From Candidatus Asgardarchaeum abyssi (GTDB lineage Archaea > Asgardarchaeota > Asgardarchaeia > Asgardarchaeales > Asgardarchaeaceae), in contig JBECUL010000015.1 of NCBI GenBank assembly GCA_040225955.1, forward strand, positions 1-44,442: a DNA stretch of 44,442 nt, read 5' to 3'. Positions 1 through 9,355 of the stretch are shown in pieces. The position numbers and the translations under genes were made by a program. Below the pieces are notes generated by a model. The model made no database searches, had not been told where the DNA came from, and saw nothing but the letters and a program-made list of their open reading frames with translations. Every line of letters begins with the position of its first letter. Position 1 is the stretch's first letter.

Positions 1-396
1 TCTCCGTATGAAATCAGCAATGAACTTGCTCAGTTATTACATATATATACTATGTATGCCGGGATTAGACCATTTGGTGTAGTTCTCCTTATAGGAGGAG
101 TCTATGGTAATGAAAAACAATTAATTTATCTTACTCCAGATGGATCATCTAAAGTTTTTAAAGCATGGGGCGCTGGAATGGGAGGGGCAGAAATAAGAGA
201 TTTGCTTGAGAAGGAATATAATGAGAATATGACACTTCTTGATGCCTACGATCTTATCAAGAGGGGCATTGAGAGGAGTTTAGATAAAAAAATAAGTCCA
301 GATAGTTTAGAATTTGCTATTATTCCTGTAAAAACAAAGAAAGTTGAAATTATTTATGGTAATGAGCTTATAAATCGTTTAGAAAAAAGAGACTAA
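1..396 (+). CDS. Proteasome alpha-type subunit, divergent (5'-truncated by window edge)
   Basis: Frame is open from base 1: SPYEISNELAQLLHIYTMYAGIRPFGVVLLIGG. It carries the alpha-subunit RPFGV motif and LEKEYNENMTL. Confidence 0.85.
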   Translation, partial: SPYEISNELAQLLHIYTMYAGIRPFGVVLLIGGVYGNEKQLIYLTPDGSSKVFKAWGAGMGGAEIRDLLEKEYNENMTLLDAYDLIKRGIERSLDKKISPDSLEFAIIPVKTKKVEIIYGNELINRLEKRD

Positions 397-431
397 ATAA
401 ACATATGGCTATAATTTCTGGAGGGATATAA

Positions 432-1253
432 ATAACAACACTTAAGGAAGTAGTTGATTTTTTGGGTAAAGAAATTTCACCACAAGAGTATAGATACCCC
501 TGGGATAGAGATATTGATTTTGTTTTAGGTTTTGAGGATGAGGATGTCTTAGAAAAAGTTAATGTAAAGAATATTTTTTTGAGTCCAATAGCCGATATAA
601 GTAGCATTATGAGATGTATAACAAGCAAAGCAAACTTAATGATATCATATGAGCCAATAATTAGTAGTACTTTAATAAATAACAATCTAGAAATATTAGT
701 GCATAAAATAAGATTATTATCGAGTTATAGAATTACCTTTTATAGCTTAGGATCCTCATGGCTTAATGCCCCCGGAGGAGGAAATTATATACTAGGAAAA
801 ACACTTGGAATTGAGGATTTACAGTCAAAAAGAGTATTAACTGAGGATTTGAAGTCTATCTATATAACTATAGGAAAATTACAAAGCGCATCCATTATTC
901 GTGAAATTATTAAAACCCTTGCATTTAAAACTGGATTTAAGATGTTCGAAATTTTTGGAACAAGTAAAAGTAGTGTGACTAGAATAGGTATTCTTGCTGG
1001 TATTCTTGAAAATCTTAAGATCTTCAACGCACTAACAAAAGAGAATATTGATTTATTAATTGTTGGTGAAATTCCGTACGAAATAGCAATGTATGGAGTT
1101 GATATGAAAATTAATATACTTAAAGTAGGTTATATTGAATCTCTAATTCCTGGCTTAAGATATTTGAAAAACCTATTACAATTAAAATTTAAGGATGTAA
1201 AAGTAATAATGAGTGAGAAAAACGAAAAATATGAGATAATACATTTTGAGTGA
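432..1253 (+). CDS. NIF3/YbgI-like protein with degenerate metal site; probable ATA start at 432 (track start 462)
   Basis: N-terminus ITTLKEVVDFLGKEISP...WD resembles NIF3. APGGGN and LLIVGEI occupy the expected motif positions. GGAGG at 420-424. Confidence 0.7.
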   Translation: MTTLKEVVDFLGKEISPQEYRYPWDRDIDFVLGFEDEDVLEKVNVKNIFLSPIADISSIMRCITSKANLMISYEPIISSTLINNNLEILVHKIRLLSSYRITFYSLGSSWLNAPGGGNYILGKTLGIEDLQSKRVLTEDLKSIYITIGKLQSASIIREIIKTLAFKTGFKMFEIFGTSKSSVTRIGILAGILENLKIFNALTKENIDLLIVGEIPYEIAMYGVDMKINILKVGYIESLIPGLRYLKNLLQLKFKDVKVIMSEKNEKYEIIHFE

Positions 1254-1295
1254 AAAATTCTAAATTATACAACAAATCAAGACATTATTCATTTT

Positions 1296-1916
1296 CTATT
1301 CGGTACTATTAATTTGCTGCGCAGATTGTCTAATTAAATCTTCTAATGTATCTGATTTGATCTTTTTAGAATCAAAATTTCTTACTAATGAAAGTAGTTT
1401 CAACTTTAGACTCTTTTTATCAAGAGGTAAACCAAAATATTCTGAAAAGCGTTTTGTTGTAACAAGAACCTTTGTTCGACCTTGTCTTTCTGCTGAGACA
1501 AATCCAAGTTCTATTAATTTAGAAATATGCTCATAAGCTTGAGTGCCTCTAATTTTCGCTATTGTTGATTGAAAAACTGGCTGTTTTATAGCTATTAAGG
1601 CTAATGTTTTAAGCTCTGCTACTGTAAGCAATGGTTGAGGAGATAATCGTTTAACATACTTTACTAAATGTGGTCGTAACTGCATTAAATATGTTGGTCC
1701 AGGAGAGATTACAATCTCGAGAAAATCATTTGATTTATCAAACTCTTTCTTAATAGCACGTACTATTTTATGTACCTCAGTAGATGGTAATCCAACAAGC
1801 TTTGATAATATGTCAACGGATAATGGTCTGCCAGATGCATAAAGCGCTGCTTTTATAATTTGTTCTGGATTTGGTTCGCTTATTGTTTGACGAGATTTTG
1901 ATTCATTCACTCCCAT
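1296..1916 (-). CDS. scpB: SMC-Scp complex subunit ScpB
   Basis: IKAALYASGRPLS, LKTLALIAIKQPV, IRG, TTKRFSEYFGL. Lies downstream of smc-scpA. Confidence 0.95.
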   Translation of the reverse strand: MGVNESKSRQTISEPNPEQIIKAALYASGRPLSVDILSKLVGLPSTEVHKIVRAIKKEFDKSNDFLEIVISPGPTYLMQLRPHLVKYVKRLSPQPLLTVAELKTLALIAIKQPVFQSTIAKIRGTQAYEHISKLIELGFVSAERQGRTKVLVTTKRFSEYFGLPLDKKSLKLKLLSLVRNFDSKKIKSDTLEDLIRQSAQQINSTE

Positions 1917-2604
1917 TCACCAATTCTATATGAATTATAAGATCGTCATCTTGATATAGATATATCTTACCAGCAAAATGAAGAGATAGCACTGCAAAGA
2001 ATGTTCTTACAACTTCTAATTCATCAGGATCGTCGGAAAGCAAATCCACAAACCATACATCCTTAGTATTTTTGTTCATAAATAATGTTTTTATTTTTAG
2101 ATAGATTTCATTTATAAAATCCTCCATATTAATAATGGCTCTCTCATCAAATAGCACATTTAGTTCTGAAAAGTCTTTTTTATCCTCTCTTATTTTTCTA
2201 ACTATTCTTTCTTTCCTTACTCTTTTCACAAGTTCTCCTATATCTTGTTTAAATGTAATTACGAGATCTTCTAAACTCACAGTAGAAATTGCTGCGGTTA
2301 ATGGCTGAGTAATCTTAGGAAACACAAGTTCTAATAGCTCATCATCTATATCGAAAATTCTCTTACGGCTATCACTGTTGACATAATTTAGTAATGTTTC
2401 AGACTGAATCCTAAGAATTACTGATGATGAATATACAGCTAGACCACCAATTCGAAAATTTATGTCGTCTTCTTCTATCATTCTTTGAAATAATTTAGTA
2501 AGTAAGTAGCATAAATCTATCTCAAATGGATCTAATTGCTTAATTGAAATAGGATTGAATAGTATATTTAGAGGGTTTTCACTCCAGTATGGAACTTTAT
2601 TCAC
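1903..2604 (-). CDS. scpA: Kleisin ScpA (probable GTG start at 2604)
   Basis: DPFEIDL N-terminal motif and VRTFFAVLSLHFAGKIYLYQ C-terminal winged helix. GAGGTG SD precedes the GTG. Sits between smc and scpB. Confidence 0.9.
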   Translation of the reverse strand: MNKVPYWSENPLNILFNPISIKQLDPFEIDLCYLLTKLFQRMIEEDDINFRIGGLAVYSSSVILRIQSETLLNYVNSDSRKRIFDIDDELLELVFPKITQPLTAAISTVSLEDLVITFKQDIGELVKRVRKERIVRKIREDKKDFSELNVLFDERAIINMEDFINEIYLKIKTLFMNKNTKDVWFVDLLSDDPDELEVVRTFFAVLSLHFAGKIYLYQDDDLIIHIELVNGSE

Positions 2605-5600
2605 GAAGAACACCTCGTAATTCCTTTGCCATCCTGACACCCTCTTTACCAAGTGGTAGGAAAATCACATTTGTAACACCACATCTTTGCGTTACGCCGA
2701 TTAATGTATCAGCCTTCGCCATAGTCTGTTCTCGGAGAGTTATGACAATAATTTGAGAAAATTTTGAGAATTCCTTCAATAAACGAGCTACTCGATCTAT
2801 ATTTTGATTATCTAGTGCCGCATCAATCTCATCCAAAATGTAAAATGGGGCACTAAAATATTGTTGGAGAGCAAAAACTAATGCTAGCGCCGTTAAAGAT
2901 TTTTCTCCACCTGACATCATTCCTATATGTGTCACATTCTTACCAGCGGGTTTAGCTTTTATAAATAAACCGCCATCAAGAGGCTTTTCTGGAAATTCAG
3001 GTTCAAGATAAGCTTCGCCACCAGGCGATAATATAGAAAAAATCTTTCGCATATTTTCATTAACTTTTGATAAAGTATCCATGAATACTTTAGTCCTCTC
3101 ACGCTCTAATTTTTCCATAAACTCAATTATACTACGTTTTTCTTCAATTATTTTTGTCTCTTTCTCTTTAAGTTCATTATATCGCTTTAGCTGTTCCTCA
3201 TACTGAGTGATTGCTTTATGATTAATTTCACCTAAAGCTTCAATTTGCGAGGAAATATATGCTATTTTGTTTTCTAAATCTTCAATGCTTAAACTAAACA
3301 AACCCTTTGGTATTTCAATATTATTAATTAGCTTTTCTTTTAACTCACTAATTTGCTTATTTATTATCTCTATTTTGCTATTTATTTTCCCATTCTTTAT
3401 TGCGAATGACACGGTTCTATCTTTTAGGTTTTGTATTTTTGTGTCAATATCTTCTTTAAGCTTTTGATACTCATTTAGGTCATTTTCTAACTTTTCTGAG
3501 ATATCTATTAGAGCTTGAATTTTTACTTCAGCAGACTTAACTTTGTTCTTTAATCCCTCTATTTCTTTATGAAGATCTGGGAGCAATTTTTCTCTTTTTT
3601 CTATTAACTCTCTTAAGTGACCATTTCTAGCTTCAATTTCGTTAATTTTATTTTCTAAAGATCTTTTGCGCTCCTCAGTTTGTGCAATCTTAATGTTTAT
3701 AGTGTTCAACTCTGATAATACTTTACTTATCTCTTGCCTTAGATTTTCAAGTCTAATATTCAAATTATCTAAATCTGCCATGTTTGACTCTTTCCATAGT
3801 TTTTCATATTCACTCTTAAGATTGTTGTATTCTATTTGATTTTCATCAATAATTTGATTTAAAGCAGATATTTCATTTTCAGTTAATTTTATCTTTTTAG
3901 AAAGATCTTGTATTCTATCGTTAAGTTGATTTATAGACTTTTGAATATCATTAATTCTATTATTATAGTTATTTATTTTAGTTTCTAAAGGTCGAATGGA
4001 TAAGAGTGTTTCATTAATATCAGCTGTTAAAGTATTAATCTCCTTTTGTAAGCTATTCCTTGATTCACTTAAAGTTTTAAGTTCAGATTCAATAATGTCA
4101 AGCTGTTTTGATATTTCTTCTATCTCTCTTTTAGATATTGACGTGAACAACTTATGACTATCTCTCCTTAGACTGCCTCCAGAAATTAAACCATTCGGCT
4201 CTATAATGTCACCGTCTATGGTCACTTTACGCCAGTTATTGCCTATCAGACTTTTAGCTATGTTAATATCGCGAACAACTAAAACGTTCTCTAAAAGGAA
4301 CCTAACTGCATTCTCATATTTTTTGTCATATTCTATTAAATCAATAGCATTTCCTTCAATCCCATCTATCTGAGGAGGCACTGATTGTGAGATATGAGAT
4401 TTTATTATACTTAGGGGGATAAATGTAGCAGTACCAATTTTATTTTCTTTAAGATATGTTATACAGGAGATTGCGACATCCTCGTCCCTAACTATGATAT
4501 AATTTAACTTACCGCCTAATGCGGCACTTATGGCACGCATATACTTCTCAGGAACGGAAATTATTTCATTTATAGTGCCTACTATTCCAGATATTTTACC
4601 CTCATCTCTAAGTCTAAGAATTTCTTTAACAGCTTTTCTCTTTGATAAGTAACGTTTACGCAATTGCATAATCATAGCTTTCTCTGCATTGTACTGATTT
4701 ATTTTATTAGTAAGAGATTTGTAGAGATTTTCGAGATTTTTCAGTTTTTCGTCTAATTTAACTAGTTGTTCACTCTTCTTATTTAATTCCATAATCATAT
4801 TCTGCCTTTTTAAAATTAAATTTTTGAGTTCTTTTTCATCCGACTCCCTTTTTAATAACAAGTTATGAAGCTCGGAGTTTAATGTATTTATTCTTTCTTC
4901 AAGCTCGGATAATAATTTAAGATCGGTTTCTTTTTTCACAATAAGTGAATTTAATTTGCTCTTAAGAGAGTAAATTTCATTTTGCTTGCGTTCGATTTCA
5001 TACTTTATGCTCTCTAATTTCTTTAAAATGGTGTCATGTTTACTATTAAATTCTCTAATTTCGTCTTGTATTTTCTTTTCAAATTCTCTCAGCTCTCTTA
5101 ACTTCTGCTCATAATGATTCCTTTCATTAAGAAGCAAGTTTAAGTTATACGATAGATTAACAAGTTCATTTGAAAGCTCACTTATTTTTTTAGCTCCTTC
5201 TTTGATTTCATAAGAGTAATTGTTAATTTCACGAATGATGTTGTTTAAAGCCAATTCTTTGGAAACTAGTTCGGTTTTATATTTAGTAAGAATACTTTGA
5301 AGCTCATACTGGACATTCCTATTTTGTTTCAACGACTCTTTTATTTCTTTTATTTGTTTTAATAAGCTATTTCTTTCTTCTCTAAGTAAATCAATCTCTC
5401 GAGATATTTCCTCTAATATTCTATTATTTTCTGATAATTCATTTTCCAACATTCTAAGTTCATCATGAAGATTTTCTAATCGTTTTCTTATTAACACTTG
5501 TTGATGAAATTCTAATTGCTGAGAGAGATGTCTATATTTCTCGGCATCCTCCTTTTCTTTTTTCAATTGTTCTAATTTTCGTTCATTCTCGACAAGAACA

Positions 5601-6190
5601 GCTTTTATTGCAGATAAATTATTCTCAACCCTTTGCAATTGTTTCATAGCAAGTTCTTTTTTTTCATCATATGAAGATATGCCAGCAATCTCTTCTATAA
5701 GGCCACGAATTTGCATAGGGTTCATATTAACAATTTCACTAATTTTTCCCTGAGGGATTATATTATAATTATCCGGAGATAAACCAACTGATTGAAGAAA
5801 ATCTAAAAGATTATTTCTAGTTATTATATGGCCATTAAGACGATATATGCTTCTCCCATCTTTGTGCAACTCTCTTGAGATAATCACAGTTTTTGAATCA
5901 ACTGGAAAAAAACGATCAGAATTATCAAAATATATTTTCACGATTGCAGATCTTGCTGGTTTTAATTTCGATCTCCCCACTTCTGGGTTAAAAATTATAT
6001 CACTTAAAACACGCATCCTTAAAAATTTAGCACTCAATATTCCTAAAGCAAAAACTATAGCGTCTAGAATATTACTTTTACCAGCCCCGTTAGGCCCAAC
6101 TATGACATTTAATCCCTTGGAAAATCTGACAATCGTTGTTCCGCCAAAGCTTTTAAAGTTAGTTATTTCAAGTTTTTGGATAAATACCAC
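2597..6190 (-). CDS. smc: Chromosome segregation protein SMC
   Basis: NFKSF, Walker A GPNGAGKSN, hinge GTATFIPL...GLISGG, signature MSGGEKS, Walker B/D-loop LDEIDAALD, long coiled coils. Confidence 0.98.
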   Translation of the reverse strand: MVFIQKLEITNFKSFGGTTIVRFSKGLNVIVGPNGAGKSNILDAIVFALGILSAKFLRMRVLSDIIFNPEVGRSKLKPARSAIVKIYFDNSDRFFPVDSKTVIISRELHKDGRSIYRLNGHIITRNNLLDFLQSVGLSPDNYNIIPQGKISEIVNMNPMQIRGLIEEIAGISSYDEKKELAMKQLQRVENNLSAIKAVLVENERKLEQLKKEKEDAEKYRHLSQQLEFHQQVLIRKRLENLHDELRMLENELSENNRILEEISREIDLLREERNSLLKQIKEIKESLKQNRNVQYELQSILTKYKTELVSKELALNNIIREINNYSYEIKEGAKKISELSNELVNLSYNLNLLLNERNHYEQKLRELREFEKKIQDEIREFNSKHDTILKKLESIKYEIERKQNEIYSLKSKLNSLIVKKETDLKLLSELEERINTLNSELHNLLLKRESDEKELKNLILKRQNMIMELNKKSEQLVKLDEKLKNLENLYKSLTNKINQYNAEKAMIMQLRKRYLSKRKAVKEILRLRDEGKISGIVGTINEIISVPEKYMRAISAALGGKLNYIIVRDEDVAISCITYLKENKIGTATFIPLSIIKSHISQSVPPQIDGIEGNAIDLIEYDKKYENAVRFLLENVLVVRDINIAKSLIGNNWRKVTIDGDIIEPNGLISGGSLRRDSHKLFTSISKREIEEISKQLDIIESELKTLSESRNSLQKEINTLTADINETLLSIRPLETKINNYNNRINDIQKSINQLNDRIQDLSKKIKLTENEISALNQIIDENQIEYNNLKSEYEKLWKESNMADLDNLNIRLENLRQEISKVLSELNTINIKIAQTEERKRSLENKINEIEARNGHLRELIEKREKLLPDLHKEIEGLKNKVKSAEVKIQALIDISEKLENDLNEYQKLKEDIDTKIQNLKDRTVSFAIKNGKINSKIEIINKQISELKEKLINNIEIPKGLFSLSIEDLENKIAYISSQIEALGEINHKAITQYEEQLKRYNELKEKETKIIEEKRSIIEFMEKLERERTKVFMDTLSKVNENMRKIFSILSPGGEAYLEPEFPEKPLDGGLFIKAKPAGKNVTHIGMMSGGEKSLTALALVFALQQYFSAPFYILDEIDAALDNQNIDRVARLLKEFSKFSQIIVITLREQTMAKADTLIGVTQRCGVTNVIFLPLGKEGVRMAKELRGVLRE

Positions 6191-6320
6191 ATATTTCCCT
6201 CCTAACTAAAAAGAGAAGTGGCATATCTTTGTTTTTAATTTTTTCATTTATCAATTACAATAGATTATTAAGAATTGAAAAAAGAATATCAATGTATTAC
6301 AATCGCGCTAATAGTTAATT

Positions 6321-6689
6321 CTATGTTAATTGTTTCAGAATTGCTTCTAACTTTTTTCGAATTAATGCTATATGAGGCTTTCCATCAACTCCCACAAGTG
6401 ATATTATAACTATATCAGATGCTCCAACCATCAAGAACGACCCTTTACTACTATTTACAAGCACATCTCTAAGTACACCTTTCTTAACGCTACTGCTAGC
6501 TGAAGCTAAAAGTCGCGCTGAATCCAAAATTTGTCTCACAAATGATTGAAGCACCGCTTCTTCAAAATGAGTTATAGTTTGAGCCGCAACTATTTGACCA
6601 TTAACCTTAGAGACTATTATCCCCTCTATTGTTGGGACTTCATCCATTATTCTGGATATAGTTTCTCTTACCTTATCAACAGATACCAT
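6321..6689 (-). CDS. Roadblock/LC7 domain protein
   Basis: ~122 aa with the roadblock pattern EVPTIEGIIVSKVNGQIVA...GVLRDVLVNSSKGSFL. AGGTGA SD. Confidence 0.8.
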   Translation of the reverse strand: MVSVDKVRETISRIMDEVPTIEGIIVSKVNGQIVAAQTITHFEEAVLQSFVRQILDSARLLASASSSVKKGVLRDVLVNSSKGSFLMVGASDIVIISLVGVDGKPHIALIRKKLEAILKQLT

Positions 6690-6801
6690 TTGATTCACCT
6701 GAAATTGTCATTATTCAAAAATGAAAATATAATTAACGAAAAATATAGACCCTTTTTTGTATATTATATTTTCTAATGCATTAATTTTTGCTATTAAAAA
6801 A

Positions 6802-7209
6802 CTATATTATTTTAAATTGAGACTGAACACTCTTTAATAATTCCCCTAGTTCGTTAGCCACAGGAATAATATAGTAATACAATAGCCCTAATTTCAGGTC
6901 CTTTGGAACACTTACTGTTAAAACTGCGGTATCACCAGCAGAGAGCGTAATTACATAGCCATCTTTTCCTCTAATTACAACCTCTTTCATACGCCCTCTT
7001 TTTAATTTTGAAACTGCATGTTGACCTAAAATTAGCATAGATGCGGTAATAGCGGCTATTTTTACATCTCTTTCAGGATTATCCTCCTCCGGATAAATGG
7101 CAATAGGGCTTCCTTCTGGACTTACCAATGCTATTGTTTGAATTTCAGGAACATCATCTTTTAATTTTTTTAAGAGAGACATTATTTTTTCTTGTATATC
7201 AACAGACAT
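6802..7209 (-). CDS. Roadblock/LC7 (MglB-like) domain protein
   Basis: IALVSPEGSPIA, KIAAITASM, GRMKEVVIRGKDGYVI, KLGLL are typical roadblock motifs. Confidence 0.92.
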   Translation of the reverse strand: MSVDIQEKIMSLLKKLKDDVPEIQTIALVSPEGSPIAIYPEEDNPERDVKIAAITASMLILGQHAVSKLKRGRMKEVVIRGKDGYVITLSAGDTAVLTVSVPKDLKLGLLYYYIIPVANELGELLKSVQSQFKII

Positions 7210-7289
7210 AACAAGAATCACCCATTAAGAATCAAGTAGAAATAATATAAATTTAAGGTAAAACTGCATAATATGACTGCTAATTATAG

Positions 7290-7730
7290 CTACATCTCCC
7301 CTAAGAACTTTGAAAATTCATCCTCACCTTCTGGAGAATATGGTTTTGCGGATAAGAACTCATCTAATACCTTTTTCAATTTTTCAGAAGTTTTCTGCAT
7401 GAGATAACGTACCATACCTATGTTTACATTATTATCAGTAACAACAGTTAAAATCCCCTGACCACAACTAGCTGCGAAAATCTTCCCATTTTCAAATTCA
7501 GAGGTAACGAAATCTAATTTTCCAATTCTTAGGTTTTTGCCTTGTTCCTCACTGGCTCCAAAAACAGCACTTGCTATGGCGCCGATACTTTCGATATCCA
7601 CGGGTGACCCTACATCACGAGAAACATGAGAAATTGTTAAGCCACTACGGTCTACCAGAATTACCTTTTTTATTCCGCTTTCTCCCTTTATTATATCTGA
7701 TAATATTCGTTCAAACATGTCTTCAGCCAT
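7290..7730 (-). CDS. Roadblock/LC7 (MglB-like) domain protein
   Basis: ILVDRSGLTIS, SIGAIASAVFGASEE, EFENGKIF, NIGMVR. Confidence 0.92.
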   Translation of the reverse strand: MAEDMFERILSDIIKGESGIKKVILVDRSGLTISHVSRDVGSPVDIESIGAIASAVFGASEEQGKNLRIGKLDFVTSEFENGKIFAASCGQGILTVVTDNNVNIGMVRYLMQKTSEKLKKVLDEFLSAKPYSPEGEDEFSKFLGEM

Positions 7731-8050
7731 GGATAACCCTCAGCTATTTTTAATAAAGATAATACTCATAATAATCTACAACGACGAATCATTATACAAA
7801 ACCTATATTCAAAATATTGTTATTCTTTATTTTAATTTTTTTAGTAATAAAACTTCTCTTATTCTCACATTAAAAAATACAATATCTATAAATTTACTAC
7901 AGAGAAACAAATTTTAATAATTACTATGCCCAAGTTCGAATAGAAGTAGATCTCTGAATGAAACAATAAAAATATTATTTAAATTAAAGATTCATATACT
8001 ATTAATCATAATATTGTATAATAATATAAACTATATGTAGTGAGTTAGCT

Positions 8051-8815
8051 ATGAAATTGGTAGCACCAATTTATAGATTATATGCATGGTACCTATGGAA
8101 CCAAATACGTAACGGAAAGATGCCAAATCATATAGGAGTTATACTAGATGGTAATAGAAGATATGCTAAAAAGTTAGGGCTTAAGCCTCATGAAGCACAC
8201 AAGCTTGGTGCTCAAAAAGTAGAAGAGTTTTTAGAGTGGGCATGGGAATTAGGAATAAAATACGTTACGTTATATACATTTTCTACTGAGAATTTTAATA
8301 GATCACCAGAAGAAGTAAGAGAAATTATGAGATTAGCCGAAGAGTATTTCAGAAGAGTTTTAAATGACGAGAAAATTCATAGATATAAAGTAAGGGTGCG
8401 AGCTATAGGAAAAATAGATCTACTACCAAAAAGTGTTAGGGATGCTATTAAAGAAGCGGAAGAGAAAACAAAAAAATATAATCAACATTTCTTAAATATA
8501 GCAATTGGTTATGGAGGAAGAGCTGAAATTGTTGACGCTGTACGAAAAATAGCTGAGAAGGTACTAAGAGGAGAAATAGCTCCTGATGAGATAACTGATG
8601 AGATGATAAGTAAGCATCTTTATACATCCGGTTTACCAGATCCAGATTTGATTATAAGAACATCTGGTGAGGAGAGACTCTCTGGTTTTCTTTTATGGCA
8701 ATCCGCTTATTCAGAGTTGTTCTTCTGTGAAGTTTTTTGGCCAGCAATTAGAAAAATAGATATATGGAGAGCTATAAGAACCTACCAGCAGCGGCATAGG
8801 AGATTTGGGAGGTAA
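8051..8815 (+). CDS. uppS: cis-prenyltransferase (undecaprenyl/polyprenyl diphosphate synthase)
   Basis: HIGVILDGNRRYA, FSTENFNR, YGGRAEI, DLIIRTSGEERLSGFLLWQ, C-terminal RRFGR. Confidence 0.98.
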   Translation: MKLVAPIYRLYAWYLWNQIRNGKMPNHIGVILDGNRRYAKKLGLKPHEAHKLGAQKVEEFLEWAWELGIKYVTLYTFSTENFNRSPEEVREIMRLAEEYFRRVLNDEKIHRYKVRVRAIGKIDLLPKSVRDAIKEAEEKTKKYNQHFLNIAIGYGGRAEIVDAVRKIAEKVLRGEIAPDEITDEMISKHLYTSGLPDPDLIIRTSGEERLSGFLLWQSAYSELFFCEVFWPAIRKIDIWRAIRTYQQRHRRFGR

Positions 8816-8820
8816 TTAGA

Positions 8821-9279
8821 TTGCAAAATATAACTAAAATAAAGAGAAAAATAAGGCGAATGACTAGGAAAAAAACTTTAGTTATGCTTGTTGACGCTCA
8901 AACTTTCAATTTAGACATGTTTCATGAAAAAATTGCTAGCTTTCGCAAGGTTATTAATGATTTGGGAAGATTGATTGCTATTAAGATATTTTTTGAGGGA
9001 AACATAGAGGAAGAAAAAATAAAGAAAGTAATTATGAACGGATGTGTTCCGATTATAGTACCTTCTGATGTTGATATCCATATGGCATTAGAGGCTGCTG
9101 AATATTCATTCAATAAGAAAATTGCTAGTATAATCTTTGGAACAAGCAATATAAACATGATTCCAGTCCTTGTTAGTGTAAAGGAAAACGGAAAGAAAGT
9201 TATTTTATTAAAGGATGATACTGAAAATAATACATTAGAGAATTTGGCAGACCTGACTATCGATTTAAGAAGTATTTGA
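8821..9279 (+). CDS. NYN-domain (TIGR00288-like) protein, degenerate active site
   Basis: LVD, SDVDIHMALEA and KENGKK...LADLTI follow the archaeal NYN family pattern. Confidence 0.75.
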   Translation: MQNITKIKRKIRRMTRKKTLVMLVDAQTFNLDMFHEKIASFRKVINDLGRLIAIKIFFEGNIEEEKIKKVIMNGCVPIIVPSDVDIHMALEAAEYSFNKKIASIIFGTSNINMIPVLVSVKENGKKVILLKDDTENNTLENLADLTIDLRSI

Positions 9280-9355
9280 CTAGCTAATTGATTAATAATG
9301 AACATAATAGTTATTTTATTTAATTAACTTTGCTATCTATTAACCAGTTAGGTGA

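Noticed and set aside
1296-6190. Wadjet/MksBEF or Rad50 system
   Set aside because: Canonical hinge-containing SMC with ScpA and ScpB. No JetD gene or zinc hook.
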